Positions 1-9,509 of a stretch of DNA of 64,000 nt are shown here, piece by piece. Origin of the DNA: an uncultured Steroidobacteraceae bacterium (GTDB lineage: Bacteria; Pseudomonadota; Gammaproteobacteria; Steroidobacterales; Steroidobacteraceae). The position numbers and the translations under genes are program-made. The notes below the pieces were generated by a model. It did not search any database, was not told the DNA's origin, and saw nothing but the letters and a program-made list of their open reading frames with translations. Position 1 is the stretch's first letter. Each line of letters begins with the position of its first letter. Location of the stretch: contig CAYNEX010000001.1 of assembly GCA_964396335.1 (NCBI GenBank), positions 762-64,761 of the forward strand, given 5' to 3'.

Positions 1-2086
1 GATCCGCAATGCGCCGCTGCCGGCCGAGCTGGAGGCCGCGATCCTGCAGGCCTTCCGGCGCATGGATGGTGGCCGCGGCATTTCCGTCGCGGTGCGTTCT
101 TCGGCCACGGCCGAGGACCTGCCTGATGCCTCCTTCGCGGGCCAGCAGGAAACCCTGCTGAATGTCAGCGGCGAGAAGGCGCTGCTCGCGGCGATCCGCG
201 AGGTGTATGCCTCGCTGTACAACGACCGGGCGATTTCCTATCGCGTGCACCATGGCTTTGCCCACGGGCAGGTGGCGTTGTCCATCGGCGTGCAGCACAT
301 GGTGCGCAGTGACGTGGGCGCCAGCGGCGTGATGTTCACGCTGGATACAGAATCCGGCTTCCGCAACGCCGTGCTGCTCACCGGGTCCTGGGGCCTGGGC
401 GAAATGGTGGTGCAGGGCGCGGTGAACCCCGACGAGTTCTGCCTGTACAAGCCCAATCTCGTGGCGGGGCGGCCTGCCATCCTGCGACGCAACCTCGGCA
501 GCAAGCAGCGCAAGATGGTCTATGCGCCGCCCGGCAGTGCCGAGCGTGTGCGCATCGTCGAGGTCGCGCCGGCTGACCGCAACCGCTTCTGCCTCAGCGA
601 TGAGGAAGCCGAGGACCTGGCCCGCCAGGCGCTGCGGATCGAGCAGCATTATGGCTGTCCGATGGATATCGAATGGGCCAAGGATGGGCTCGATGGTCAG
701 CTGTACATCCTGCAGGCGCGGCCGGAAACCGTGCAGAGCCGCGTGAACGGCAGCGTCGAGCGTTACGAGCTGCCACAGCGAAGCCGCGTGCTGGCCGAGG
801 GGCGCAGCGTCGGCCAGCGCATCGGTGCCGGCGTCGCGCGGGTGGTGCGTGATGTGTCGCAGATGGACCAGGTGCAGCCGGGTGATGTGCTGGTGGCCGA
901 CATGACCGACCCCGACTGGGAGCCGGTGATGAAGCGTGCTTCTGCCATCGTCACCAACCGCGGCGGGCGCACCTGCCATGCGGCCATCATTGCGCGCGAG
1001 CTGGGCATTCCGGCGGTGGTGGGCTGCGGTGACGCCACGCGCAGCATCGAGGACGGCGTGCCGGTGACGGTGTGCTGTGCCGAGGGCGACACCGGCTTCG
1101 TGTACGAAGGCATCCTGCCGTTCTCGCACCGCCAGGTCGATGCCGGCGCGCTGCCGGAGATCCCGGTGCGCATCATGATGAACGTGGGCAACCCGGACCG
1201 CGCCTTCGCGTTTGCGTCGATCCCGCATCGGGGCGTGGGCCTCGCGCGACTGGAATTCATCATCAACCGCATGATCGGGATCCACCCGAAGGCCCTGCTG
1301 GAGCCGCAGAGGCAGGAGCCGTCGGTGCGCGAGGAGATCAATGCGCGCATGGCTGGATATCCGGACCCGCGCAGCTTCTTCGTGGGTCGCCTCGCCGAAG
1401 GGGTGGCGCAGATTGCCGCGGCCTTCGCGCCCGAGCCGGTGATCGTGCGGCTGTCGGACTTCAAGTCGAATGAATATGCCAACCTGATCGGCGGCAGCCG
1501 GCACGAGCCGCGCGAGGAAAACCCGATGCTGGGATTCCGCGGCGCCTCGCGCTACATCGACCCGGATTTCAGCGCCTGCTTCGCGCTGGAGTGCGAGGCG
1601 CTGAATTACGTGCGCGAGGTGCAGGGTTTCACCAATGTGCAGATCATGGTGCCGTTCGTGCGCACCGTGGCCGAAGCCAGGGCCGTGACGGAACTGCTGG
1701 CGCAGCATGGCCTGGTGCGCGGCGAGAAGGGGCTGAAGGTGCTGATGATGTGCGAGCTGCCCTCCAACGCGCTGCTGGCGGACCAGTTCCTCGAGCATTT
1801 TGATGGCATGTCGATCGGCTCGAACGACATGACGCAGCTGGCACTGGGCGTGGACCGCGATTCGGCCATCGTCGCGCCGCTGTTCGACGAGCGCGACCCG
1901 GCGGTGCGGCGCCTGCTGCAGATGGCCATCGAGTCCTGCCGCAAGGCCGGCAAGTATGTGGGCATCTGCGGCCAGGGCCCCTCGGACCATCCGGACCTGG
2001 CCCGGTGGCTGATGGAGCAGGGCATCGACAGCCTGTCGCTGAACCCTGATACGGTGGTGGAGACCTGGGCCCGCCTGGCGCGATGA
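1..2086 (+). CDS. ppsA: Phosphoenolpyruvate synthase, 5'-truncated by the window edge
   Basis: The frame is open from position 2 with no start in the window and ends at TGA 2084-2086. Swivel phosphohistidine motif [27 protein letters not shown]-terminal PEP-utilizer barrel motifs [14 protein letters not shown] and [11 protein letters not shown]. Confidence 0.95.
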   Translation, partial: IRNAPLPAELEAAILQAFRRMDGGRGISVAVRSSATAEDLPDASFAGQQETLLNVSGEKALLAAIREVYASLYNDRAISYRVHHGFAHGQVALSIGVQHMVRSDVGASGVMFTLDTESGFRNAVLLTGSWGLGEMVVQGAVNPDEFCLYKPNLVAGRPAILRRNLGSKQRKMVYAPPGSAERVRIVEVAPADRNRFCLSDEEAEDLARQALRIEQHYGCPMDIEWAKDGLDGQLYILQARPETVQSRVNGSVERYELPQRSRVLAEGRSVGQRIGAGVARVVRDVSQMDQVQPGDVLVADMTDPDWEPVMKRASAIVTNRGGRTCHAAIIARELGIPAVVGCGDATRSIEDGVPVTVCCAEGDTGFVYEGILPFSHRQVDAGALPEIPVRIMMNVGNPDRAFAFASIPHRGVGLARLEFIINRMIGIHPKALLEPQRQEPSVREEINARMAGYPDPRSFFVGRLAEGVAQIAAAFAPEPVIVRLSDFKSNEYANLIGGSRHEPREENPMLGFRGASRYIDPDFSACFALECEALNYVREVQGFTNVQIMVPFVRTVAEARAVTELLAQHGLVRGEKGLKVLMMCELPSNALLADQFLEHFDGMSIGSNDMTQLALGVDRDSAIVAPLFDERDPAVRRLLQMAIESCRKAGKYVGICGQGPSDHPDLARWLMEQGIDSLSLNPDTVVETWARLAR

Positions 2087-2904
2087 GGACAGTCTGTTTT
2101 GTATCCGATCGCACCGGCGTCACGGCCGAGACGCTGGGGTACAGCCTGCTGGCCCAGTTCAGCGAGCTGGAAGTGCGCACCGTCACCATGCCCTTCGTGG
2201 CCTCGGTGAAGGATGCGCGCGGCGTGGTCGAACGCATCAACGAGATCGGCCGCCGGGAGGGGCAGCGGCCCATCGTGCTCTCCACGCTGGTGAACAGCGA
2301 GGTGCGGGCGGTGGTGCATTCGGCCGAGGCCTTCGTGCACGACTTCTTCGACGCCTTCCTCGCGCCACTGGAGGATGAACTGCAGATGCGCTCGGCGCAT
2401 GTGTCGGGCATCGAGGGGTTCCGGGGCGGGCGCGACCCGGCCAGCTCGATCCGTGTTGCCGCCACCGACTATGCGCTGTCGAATGATGACGGCGCCGGCG
2501 CGCGTGACTATCGCAGCGCGGCGGTGATCCTGATGGGCGTGTCACGCAGTGGCAAGACGCCCACCTGCCTGTACCTGGCGGTCCAGTACGGCATCTTCGC
2601 GGCCAACTATCCGCTCACCGAGGAGGATCTGGGCTCGGCCGAACTGCCGCCGGTGCTGCGGGGTTATCGCGAGAAGCTGTTCGGTCTGACCATCGACCCG
2701 GAGCGCCTGCGGCAGCTGCGCCAGGCGCGCCGGCCCGGCAGCCGATATGCGTCGGTGGCGCAGGTGGAACATGAGGTGCGCACGGCGCTGGAGATCTTCG
2801 ACCGCTACCGCATTCCCTACATCGACGTGACCCATCGAAGCGTGGAGGAGAATGCCAGCCGCATCCTGGACGGACTGCGGCTGGAGCGGCACGTGCGCAG
2901 CTGA
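2083..2904 (+). CDS. ppsR: PEP synthase regulatory protein (DUF299 bifunctional kinase/pyrophosphorylase)
   Basis: 273 aa. P-loop context [30 protein letters not shown] is typical of PpsR/YdiA. The ATG overlaps the ppsA stop (ATGA). Confidence 0.9.
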   Translation: MRTVCFVSDRTGVTAETLGYSLLAQFSELEVRTVTMPFVASVKDARGVVERINEIGRREGQRPIVLSTLVNSEVRAVVHSAEAFVHDFFDAFLAPLEDELQMRSAHVSGIEGFRGGRDPASSIRVAATDYALSNDDGAGARDYRSAAVILMGVSRSGKTPTCLYLAVQYGIFAANYPLTEEDLGSAELPPVLRGYREKLFGLTIDPERLRQLRQARRPGSRYASVAQVEHEVRTALEIFDRYRIPYIDVTHRSVEENASRILDGLRLERHVRS

Positions 2905-2914
2905 ACGTTGCGCG

Positions 2915-4516
2915 TCAGGCGGCGAGGCGCCGCTGCAGGTATTCCTCGTAACCGCCGCGGAAGTCGACGATGCCGCCACCCGGCTGCATCTCGATGATGC
3001 GCGTGGCCAGGCCCGTGACGAACTCGCGGTCGTGCGACACGAACACCAGCGTGCCCGGGTACTTCTCGAGCGCGATCTGCAGGGCCTCGATGGTCTCCAT
3101 GTCCATGTGGTTGGTGGGCTCGTCCATCAGCATCACGTTCGGATGCGTCAGGATCAGCTTGCCGTAGATCATGCGGCCCTTCTCGCCGCCGGACAGCACC
3201 TTCACCGACTTGCGCGCCTCGTCGCCGGAGAACAGCAGGCGACCGAGCGTGCCGCGCACCAGCTGGTCGTCATCGCCCTTGCCGGTCCACTGCGACATCC
3301 AGGTGAACAGGTCGAAGTCCTCGGCGAATTCGGCCTGCGGGTCCTGCGGCATGTAGCCCGGATCGGCGTTCTCGACCCATTCCAGCTTGCCGGCATCCGG
3401 CTGCAGCCGTCCGGCCAGCACCTGCATCAGCGTGGTCTTGCCGATGCCGTTCGGGCCGATGATGGCGACGCGCTCGCCGGCATCCACCTTGAAGGTGATG
3501 TTGTGCAGCACGTCGGCGTCGGTGCCCGGATAGCGGAACGACAGGTTCTCGATGTTGAACACGCCGCGATGCAGCTTCTTCGCCTGGTCGAAGCGGATGA
3601 ACGGGCTCTGGCGCGAGGAGGGACGCATTTCCTCGATCTTGATCTTCTCCAGCAGCTTCTTGCGCGAGGTGGCCTGGCGGGCCTTCGAGGCGTTGGCCGA
3701 GAAGCGGCGCACGAACTCCTGCAGGTCGGCGATGCGTTCCTTGGCCTTGGCGTTGGCCGCCTCGACGCGCTGGCGGGCCTGCATCGAGGCCAGCATGAAG
3801 TCGTCATAGTTTCCCGGATAGATCTTCAGCTGCTGGTAATCCAGGTCGGCGATGTGGGTGCACACCTGGTTCAGGAAGTGGCGATCGTGGCTGATGATGA
3901 TCATGGTGGCCTGGTAGTCGTTCAGCACGTCCTCCAGCCAGCGGATCGAATCGATGTCGAGGTTGTTGGTGGGCTCGTCCAGCAGCAGCACGTCCGGGCG
4001 CGAGAACAGCGCCTGCGCCAGCAGCACGCGCAGCTTCAGGCCGGGCGGGATCTCGCGCATCGGCAGCTCGTGCAGTTCCTTGGCGATGCCGGCATCGATC
4101 AGCACGTCACCGGCGCGGGCCTCGGCGTCATAACCGCCGTATTCGGCAAAGCGCGTCTCCAGTTCGGCGGCGCGCATGAAGTCGTCGTCGGTCGATTCCG
4201 GGTTGGCGTAGATGCGGTCGCGCTCGGTCATCGCCGCCCACATTTCGCGATGCCCCTGCATGACCACGTCGAGCACACGCTGGTCCTCGTAGCCGAACTG
4301 GTTCTGGCTCAGCTTGCCCATGCGCAGGCCGGGCTGCAGCACCACCTCGCCGGTGGTGGGTTCCAGCTCACCGCCCAGCACCTTCATCAGGGTGGACTTG
4401 CCGCAGCCGTTGGCGCCGATCAGGCCATAACGGTTGCCGTCGGCGAACTTGACGGTGACGTTCTCGAAAAGGGGCTTGGCTCCGAACTGCACGGAGACGT
4501 TCTGGGTGGACAGCAT
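2915..4516 (-). CDS. ybiT: ABC-F family ATPase (YbiT-like), two ABC cassettes and no TM domain
   Basis: 533 aa. Walker A appears twice (GLIGANGCGKSTLMKVLGG and IIGPNGIGKTTLMQVLAG). ABC signature LSGGEKGRM. AGGAAG RBS upstream of the ATG at 4516. Confidence 0.9.
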   Translation of the reverse strand: MLSTQNVSVQFGAKPLFENVTVKFADGNRYGLIGANGCGKSTLMKVLGGELEPTTGEVVLQPGLRMGKLSQNQFGYEDQRVLDVVMQGHREMWAAMTERDRIYANPESTDDDFMRAAELETRFAEYGGYDAEARAGDVLIDAGIAKELHELPMREIPPGLKLRVLLAQALFSRPDVLLLDEPTNNLDIDSIRWLEDVLNDYQATMIIISHDRHFLNQVCTHIADLDYQQLKIYPGNYDDFMLASMQARQRVEAANAKAKERIADLQEFVRRFSANASKARQATSRKKLLEKIKIEEMRPSSRQSPFIRFDQAKKLHRGVFNIENLSFRYPGTDADVLHNITFKVDAGERVAIIGPNGIGKTTLMQVLAGRLQPDAGKLEWVENADPGYMPQDPQAEFAEDFDLFTWMSQWTGKGDDDQLVRGTLGRLLFSGDEARKSVKVLSGGEKGRMIYGKLILTHPNVMLMDEPTNHMDMETIEALQIALEKYPGTLVFVSHDREFVTGLATRIIEMQPGGGIVDFRGGYEEYLQRRLAA

Positions 4517-4618
4517 GGGACTTCCTGCACCCGCTTCAGGGGCGCGGCGAAACGAAAGGGGGAAGCACCCAGTTTACCAGATGCGGCCGGGGGGAGGGTT
4601 TCCCCGGCCGGGCGGGCT

Positions 4619-4645
4619 CCGCGGGCCGCAATTGCCGGCCCGCGG
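4619..4645 (-). terminator. GC-rich hairpin downstream of the 4651-5400 gene (possible terminator, no U-tract)
   Basis: Perfect 10-bp inverted repeat CCGCGGGCCG/CGGCCCGCGG with a 7-nt loop, 5 nt beyond the minus-strand stop codon. A second 8-bp hairpin (GGCCGGGG/CCCCGGCC) lies at about 4586-4609. Confidence 0.3.
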
Positions 4646-4650
4646 CCGGT

Positions 4651-5400
4651 TCAGCGGGTCGCGGTGCGCGCGCCCTGCGGCTTCTGCTTCGCCTCCCGCA
4701 GGCTCTCCAGGTGGTCCAGCCAGTTCGGCTCGACGCAGTTGTAGTCCAGCATCCGGCCGTTCTGGATCTCGGTGTATTCGCGCTCCAGCGTCGGCGGCTC
4801 GGTGTAGAACTTCGGATCATCGATGGTGACCTGCACCTTCAGGCGGCGCAGCCCGTCCCGTTCATAGGGCGTGTAACGCTCGATCACGCGGGCCTCGTCG
4901 CTGTGCGCGGTGGGCACGTCGATGGCTTCGTCGAGGCCGATGGTCTCGATGACCAGCGTGTTACCTTCCCAGCGACCCCACGAGGTGCCGCCGCGGCTCG
5001 GCAGGATGTCGGCCGGATCAATCCTGCGGCCATCGAGGAACACGCGCCGCACCTCGTTGTGCGTTTCGTAGATGATGGTGAGCTGTTCGGGCCGCTGGAT
5101 GAACTCCACCGGATACCCACCGCCGAGGAAGATGGCCAGCGGCACGCCATGCGGCACGCAGAAGCCACCCGGCGTGTCGCCGGTGCCCTCGATCAGCGCG
5201 TTGTATTCAGCCAGCTTGGCGCGCGCTTCCTCGGTGAACGGGGCGGTCTGCGGAAAATCACCCACGCCATTCAGTGCCGCGCCGGCGCGCCCCTGCTCGT
5301 CCAGGGTCCAGATGCCCGTGAGGTCCGGGACCTCCTGCTTCGCCTGGCCACAGGCGGCCAGCAGCAGCGCGGTGAGCGCGGGAAACCAGGATCGACGCAT
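4651..5400 (-). CDS. Hypothetical lipoprotein
   Basis: 249 aa. Lipobox LLLAAC|G after a basic N-terminus. GGAGGGG RBS. High G/C third-position bias. No family recognised by eye. Confidence 0.6.
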   Translation of the reverse strand: MRRSWFPALTALLLAACGQAKQEVPDLTGIWTLDEQGRAGAALNGVGDFPQTAPFTEEARAKLAEYNALIEGTGDTPGGFCVPHGVPLAIFLGGGYPVEFIQRPEQLTIIYETHNEVRRVFLDGRRIDPADILPSRGGTSWGRWEGNTLVIETIGLDEAIDVPTAHSDEARVIERYTPYERDGLRRLKVQVTIDDPKFYTEPPTLEREYTEIQNGRMLDYNCVEPNWLDHLESLREAKQKPQGARTATR

Positions 5401-5495
5401 ATCCCCTCCATTGCCGCGGACCTCTGCCGGGTCCGTGATGGGAATCTACTACGACTCGCGCCGCTCGTGCCCGCCACGACGCCCCGCGGCGCCGC

Positions 5496-5975
5496 TCACT
5501 TCAGGGTCGGAGTTTCCACCGCAGTGACCGCCTGCGACTGCAGCGTGACGCTGCCTGAGAGGAAGGTGGAAGGCCCGAGTTCCAGCGCATAGAAGAGGAC
5601 ATGGCGCGGACCGTCCTGCCGCACTGACGTGGGAGCGCCGAGTTCGCTGATCACCGCCAGTTCGGTCATGCCGCGGGTCACCCGCTTCCAGCGTTCGGCG
5701 TCGACCCAGCGGGGCAGCACGGCGGCACTCGCGGCAGGCGGAGGGGCCGCAGTGCGCGCGCCGCCCAGCGACGGCAACGGCATCGTCGGCACCGGCGAGG
5801 GCGAACGGTCTGCCTGCGTACGCAGCTGGTTCACCAGCTGCGTCAGGATGCTGACCTCGCGCTGCAACTGGCGCACGTCCTGCTCCAGCCGCGCGACCTG
5901 GTGACTGTCCTGGGCCGGGGCCAGCATCGGCAGCGCGAGCCCCATGACGATCATTGGCATGCGTCGCATAGGCAT
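5496..5975 (-). CDS. Secreted coiled-coil protein, possibly with a SmpA/OmlA (BamE)-like C-terminal domain
   Basis: 159 aa. Signal peptide MPMIVMGLALPMLAPAQD, a heptad-like helix (LEQDVRQLQREVSILTQLVNQL), a Pro/Ala linker and a small C-terminal domain (W..V..GMT...V...LG.P). The start may be an internal ATG at 5969 for better SD spacing. Confidence 0.5.
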   Translation of the reverse strand: MPMRRMPMIVMGLALPMLAPAQDSHQVARLEQDVRQLQREVSILTQLVNQLRTQADRSPSPVPTMPLPSLGGARTAAPPPAASAAVLPRWVDAERWKRVTRGMTELAVISELGAPTSVRQDGPRHVLFYALELGPSTFLSGSVTLQSQAVTAVETPTLK

Positions 5976-6102
5976 CCCTCCGGGTCATTGCAGCATACGC
6001 GCATGACGGGCCGGTGTCGGCTGTGGAAAACGCCCGGACCGCTGACTATTCTCGCGCACTTCAAGGACAGCAAGGCCGCCGGCGCGGCCGGACGGGGAAG
6101 AC

Positions 6103-7896
6103 ATGGCAAAACCAATGCAAACGCCGCTGCACCGCTTCAATTTCACGAAGCTGACGAAGGAACAGATCGGGCAGAAGCTGCGCGCGACCGAGGCCGGTCC
6201 GACCAGCGCTTCCGCGTTCTCGAATGTGCTGGCCGGCAGGACGCTGAAGATCATCACGAAGGACGGCCCGGTGCTGGAATACCGCTTCGGCACGAACCGC
6301 CGGCTGACGCTGAGCGAAAACGGCGGGCGTGCCGTGTCGGCGGGTTATGGCGAGCTGGCGTTGAACAAGCTGTTGTTCTTCTCGCACATGATCCCGGCCG
6401 AACAGAAGGGCTACAACGTGGTCATCGACCAGGCTACAAACCTCGCGACCGTGTTCGAGGTGTGGTTCTCCAGCGGCATCAGGCAGAACGCCGGCCGGCC
6501 GAATGAATTCACGCTGGATGACCGCGAGGTGCAGCGGCAGATCTATTTCGGGTACGTGGACAATGGCCAGCCGCCACCTGGGAACCTGCACCACTACACC
6601 AACCGCATCGCCGGCAAGGGCATCTGGTGGAAGCAGGATACCGGCATCGAGACCGTCGAACTGTATGCCTCGGTCGCCAACACCAATTTCGTCGAGCTGA
6701 CACGCCACGCGGACAACCTCAGCTGGGTGGCGCCGTCCGACTATGTGCTGATTGATGACCGCACCTTCGCCTACAACCGCACCGAGTGCGAGTTCTCCGG
6801 CATCCACACCTGCTTTGTGGTCGACCTGTACGACGTGAAGCAGATCGGCGTGCGGCTGGGGTTCAACGAGCGCGACGAGCTCGAGTACTACATGTTCCGC
6901 GGCGACGGCAAGGTGGTCGGACAGCTGGCGTACCTGGAGCCCTTCGACGAGCACGGCAAGAAGCCGCTGTTCGAGGTCAATGCCGGCGACCAGCCGGTGG
7001 CGAAGGGCGCGCGCGTGGCCTACCGGCCGGTGCGCAGCTTCACGCACATGACCGACGAGGCGGTGCATGAGGCTGCCCTGAAGCGCACCTCGGCATTCGG
7101 CAGCGCCGACGCTGCCGACGTGGCGCCGCAGGTGTCGATGGCCAGCAACAACATGCCGTTCTCCGACGTCCTCGTCGGCAAGGTCTTCACGGTGCGCCTG
7201 GACCACGGCGGGCCGGTGCGCGACTACCGCGTCAACGACAAGTTCAAGCTGCAGTTCCGTGACCACCGGGACAATGTCTGGCACGAGGTGGATTACCGCG
7301 CCTATGAGGGTGACACCAACCTTGCCTGGTTCAGCCACATCATCCCCGACAGCAAACCGCGCGCCAGCGTGCAGGTGGCGGTGGATTTCACCAATGGCCT
7401 GGTGACCAGCATCGAGTCCCACATGGGCACGCCGTATTACGGCAACGAGACCACCTATCGGGCGCTGTTCGGCGTGATCGAGATGGAAGGCATCGAGGCG
7501 CCGCTGTACATGCGGCATTCATTCACCGACGAGCTGGTGGGCCATGCCTGGTCCTGGTCCTATTCGGACCAGATGACTTCGATGCACCTGTATACCTCGC
7601 CGCACTCGATGTCGTGGACAATCTTCACCGCCAACCAGACCATGGGTTCGCAGTGGTGCTCGCCCTGCATCTACGTGAAGCTGCGCCCGGGCGTCTATCT
7701 GTTCTGCCAGAACGAGGAAGCCTGCAATGGCGCGCAGATGATCGAGCTGCTGAACACCAACATCTCGCATGACTGCGGCTTCAGCTTCAACGGCGGCGAG
7801 CGCGGCGTGAACCTGGGCGTGGTCGGCGGCATCGGCCGCCACATCGGCAAGTTCGACATCGCGCATTTCTACGGGCCGCGCAAGCGGGAGGTGTGA
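6103..7896 (+). CDS. Tandemly duplicated MoaF-like protein (two MoaF N+C modules), no signal peptide
   Basis: 597 aa. Two copies of the MoaF N-domain pattern (LAGRTLKIITKDGPVLEYRF and LVGKVFTVRLDHGGPVRDYRV). Two C-domain patterns (HYTNRIAGKGIWWK... and SFTDELVGHAWSWSYSD..YLFCQNEE) resemble Klebsiella MoaF (TDELIGK..YTYS..YLFVWREK). Confidence 0.7.
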   Translation: MAKPMQTPLHRFNFTKLTKEQIGQKLRATEAGPTSASAFSNVLAGRTLKIITKDGPVLEYRFGTNRRLTLSENGGRAVSAGYGELALNKLLFFSHMIPAEQKGYNVVIDQATNLATVFEVWFSSGIRQNAGRPNEFTLDDREVQRQIYFGYVDNGQPPPGNLHHYTNRIAGKGIWWKQDTGIETVELYASVANTNFVELTRHADNLSWVAPSDYVLIDDRTFAYNRTECEFSGIHTCFVVDLYDVKQIGVRLGFNERDELEYYMFRGDGKVVGQLAYLEPFDEHGKKPLFEVNAGDQPVAKGARVAYRPVRSFTHMTDEAVHEAALKRTSAFGSADAADVAPQVSMASNNMPFSDVLVGKVFTVRLDHGGPVRDYRVNDKFKLQFRDHRDNVWHEVDYRAYEGDTNLAWFSHIIPDSKPRASVQVAVDFTNGLVTSIESHMGTPYYGNETTYRALFGVIEMEGIEAPLYMRHSFTDELVGHAWSWSYSDQMTSMHLYTSPHSMSWTIFTANQTMGSQWCSPCIYVKLRPGVYLFCQNEEACNGAQMIELLNTNISHDCGFSFNGGERGVNLGVVGGIGRHIGKFDIAHFYGPRKREV

Positions 7897-8627
7897 TGGA
7901 CATCTTCAAGTCGTTCCGCCGACAGGCGGGAGCGGATACGGGGCGCCGCGCCTTCCTCTGGAGATTCGGCGCCGGAACCGCCGGTGCGATGGCCTCGGTG
8001 GCCGTGACTGCGAAGCCGGCAGGCGCCGAAGATCCCGCGCTGCGGGCGGCCTTGCTCGACGAAGAGAAGGCGCTGCGCAAGCTGCACCGGGATTTCCAGC
8101 AGGCCATCGATGAAGGGCGCCATGCGGAGGTCGTCGCGCTGTTCGCCGACGACGCGCAGGTGATCTTCAACGGCGGCGTGTTCGAGCGACGCGACCACGG
8201 CATCAGCCGGCTGTTCCGCGAGCATCTGCCGGCCCGCAAGGCCGGCGGCAGCATGCAGGCCGCGCCCGGATTCGCGTTGTCGCCCGCGCAGCAGCACGAT
8301 CGGGTCGAGGTGGCAAAGGATCTTCGTGCCGCCAGCGCGGTGTTCCCATATTCCATCCAGTGCGGCATGCCGATCGAATCCGGCAACTCGCTGGCCAGCA
8401 TGGCGCGGCTGCACGGCGAAGGGGTTCGCACCTGGTGGGAGGGTGGCCACTACCGCGTGGATTACCGCAAGGATGCGGAGGGCCGCTGGCAGATCAGCCG
8501 GCTCGAGTACGACACGGTGGTGCGCGCCGACTACCGGCCGGGACGCTCATATGCCAGCGCCATTTCGGTGCCCCGGCTGACGACGCGGTTCCCGCAGGAC
8601 CTGCAGGGACCGGACCGGCTGGCGTGA
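7893..8627 (+). CDS. Tat-signal NTF2-like (SnoaL_4-type) protein
   Basis: 244 aa. Twin-arginine motif TGRRAFLW followed by a hydrophobic stretch ending AKPAGA. SnoaL_4-like helix LRKLHRDFQQAIDEGRHAEVVALFADDAQVIF. Terminal strand EGRWQISRLEY. GTG 7893 or ATG 7896 overlaps the MoaF-like stop (TGA 7894-7896). GGGAGG RBS. Confidence 0.7.
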   Translation: MMDIFKSFRRQAGADTGRRAFLWRFGAGTAGAMASVAVTAKPAGAEDPALRAALLDEEKALRKLHRDFQQAIDEGRHAEVVALFADDAQVIFNGGVFERRDHGISRLFREHLPARKAGGSMQAAPGFALSPAQQHDRVEVAKDLRAASAVFPYSIQCGMPIESGNSLASMARLHGEGVRTWWEGGHYRVDYRKDAEGRWQISRLEYDTVVRADYRPGRSYASAISVPRLTTRFPQDLQGPDRLA

Positions 8628-8660
8628 ACGAAAGTCCCTGCGACCGGTAAGCTTGCGCCG

Positions 8661-9410
8661 ATGTTCGATCTCGCACCCGGGCTGGGTGACTGGCCCGCGC
8701 TGGGGCTCGTCGCCCTGAGCTTCTTCACTTCCCTGATCACCGCCACTTTCTCGCTGGGTGGCGGCTCATTGCTGATCGCCGCGATGACGCTGGTGATGCC
8801 GCCGGTGGTGGTGATCCCCGTGCATGGCTGCGTGCAACTGGGCAGCAACGCCGGCCGGGCGCTGGTGATGCGGCAGTTCATCCAGTGGCCCTTCATCCTG
8901 TGGGTGACGCTGGGCGCCATCCTGGGTTCGATCTTCGGCGGTGCGTTCGCGCAGGTGATTCCGGATCGCTGGTTTGTCGCCGCCATCGGCGTGTTCGTGC
9001 TGGTCACCACCTGGCTGCCGCAGCCGAAGCTGATCGCCGGCAGCCGCATGGTGCAATTCGTCGGCGGCTCGATCGTGTCGGCCGTGGGCATGGTGGTGGG
9101 CGCGGCCGGGCCGCTGCTGGCGGCGTTCGTGCGCGGCATTCCCGACCGGCGCCAGCTGGTGGCCACGCACGCGATGCTCAATACCTTCCAGCACCTGTTC
9201 AAGGTGGTGATTTTCACCGTGCTGGGATTCGCCTTCGGCCAGTACCTGCTGCTGATCGCGTTGATGATCGGGGCAGGCTTCGCCGGCACCATGCTGGGCA
9301 GCCGCATGCTCACGCGGGTGCCGGAATCGGTCTTCCGCTTCGGATTCCGCATCCTGCTCAGCCTGGTGGCGCTGGAACTGGTGCGCCGGGCGCTGTTTGC
9401 CGGCGGCTGA
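8661..9410 (+). CDS. TauE/SafE family (DUF81) anion exporter membrane protein
   Basis: 249 aa, polytopic and hydrophobic. N-terminal SLGGGSLLIAAM-type motif and an internal repeat architecture are typical of the TauE/SafE family. Confidence 0.8.
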   Translation: MFDLAPGLGDWPALGLVALSFFTSLITATFSLGGGSLLIAAMTLVMPPVVVIPVHGCVQLGSNAGRALVMRQFIQWPFILWVTLGAILGSIFGGAFAQVIPDRWFVAAIGVFVLVTTWLPQPKLIAGSRMVQFVGGSIVSAVGMVVGAAGPLLAAFVRGIPDRRQLVATHAMLNTFQHLFKVVIFTVLGFAFGQYLLLIALMIGAGFAGTMLGSRMLTRVPESVFRFGFRILLSLVALELVRRALFAGG

Positions 9411-9509
9411 CCGCGGATTCTCGGGGTCGGCCATGGCGGTTGCGCGGGGCGCCGGCGACCGCAGTACCATGGTCCAAAGGCTACCCGTCCGGCCCGGCAG
9501 AGAATCCCC

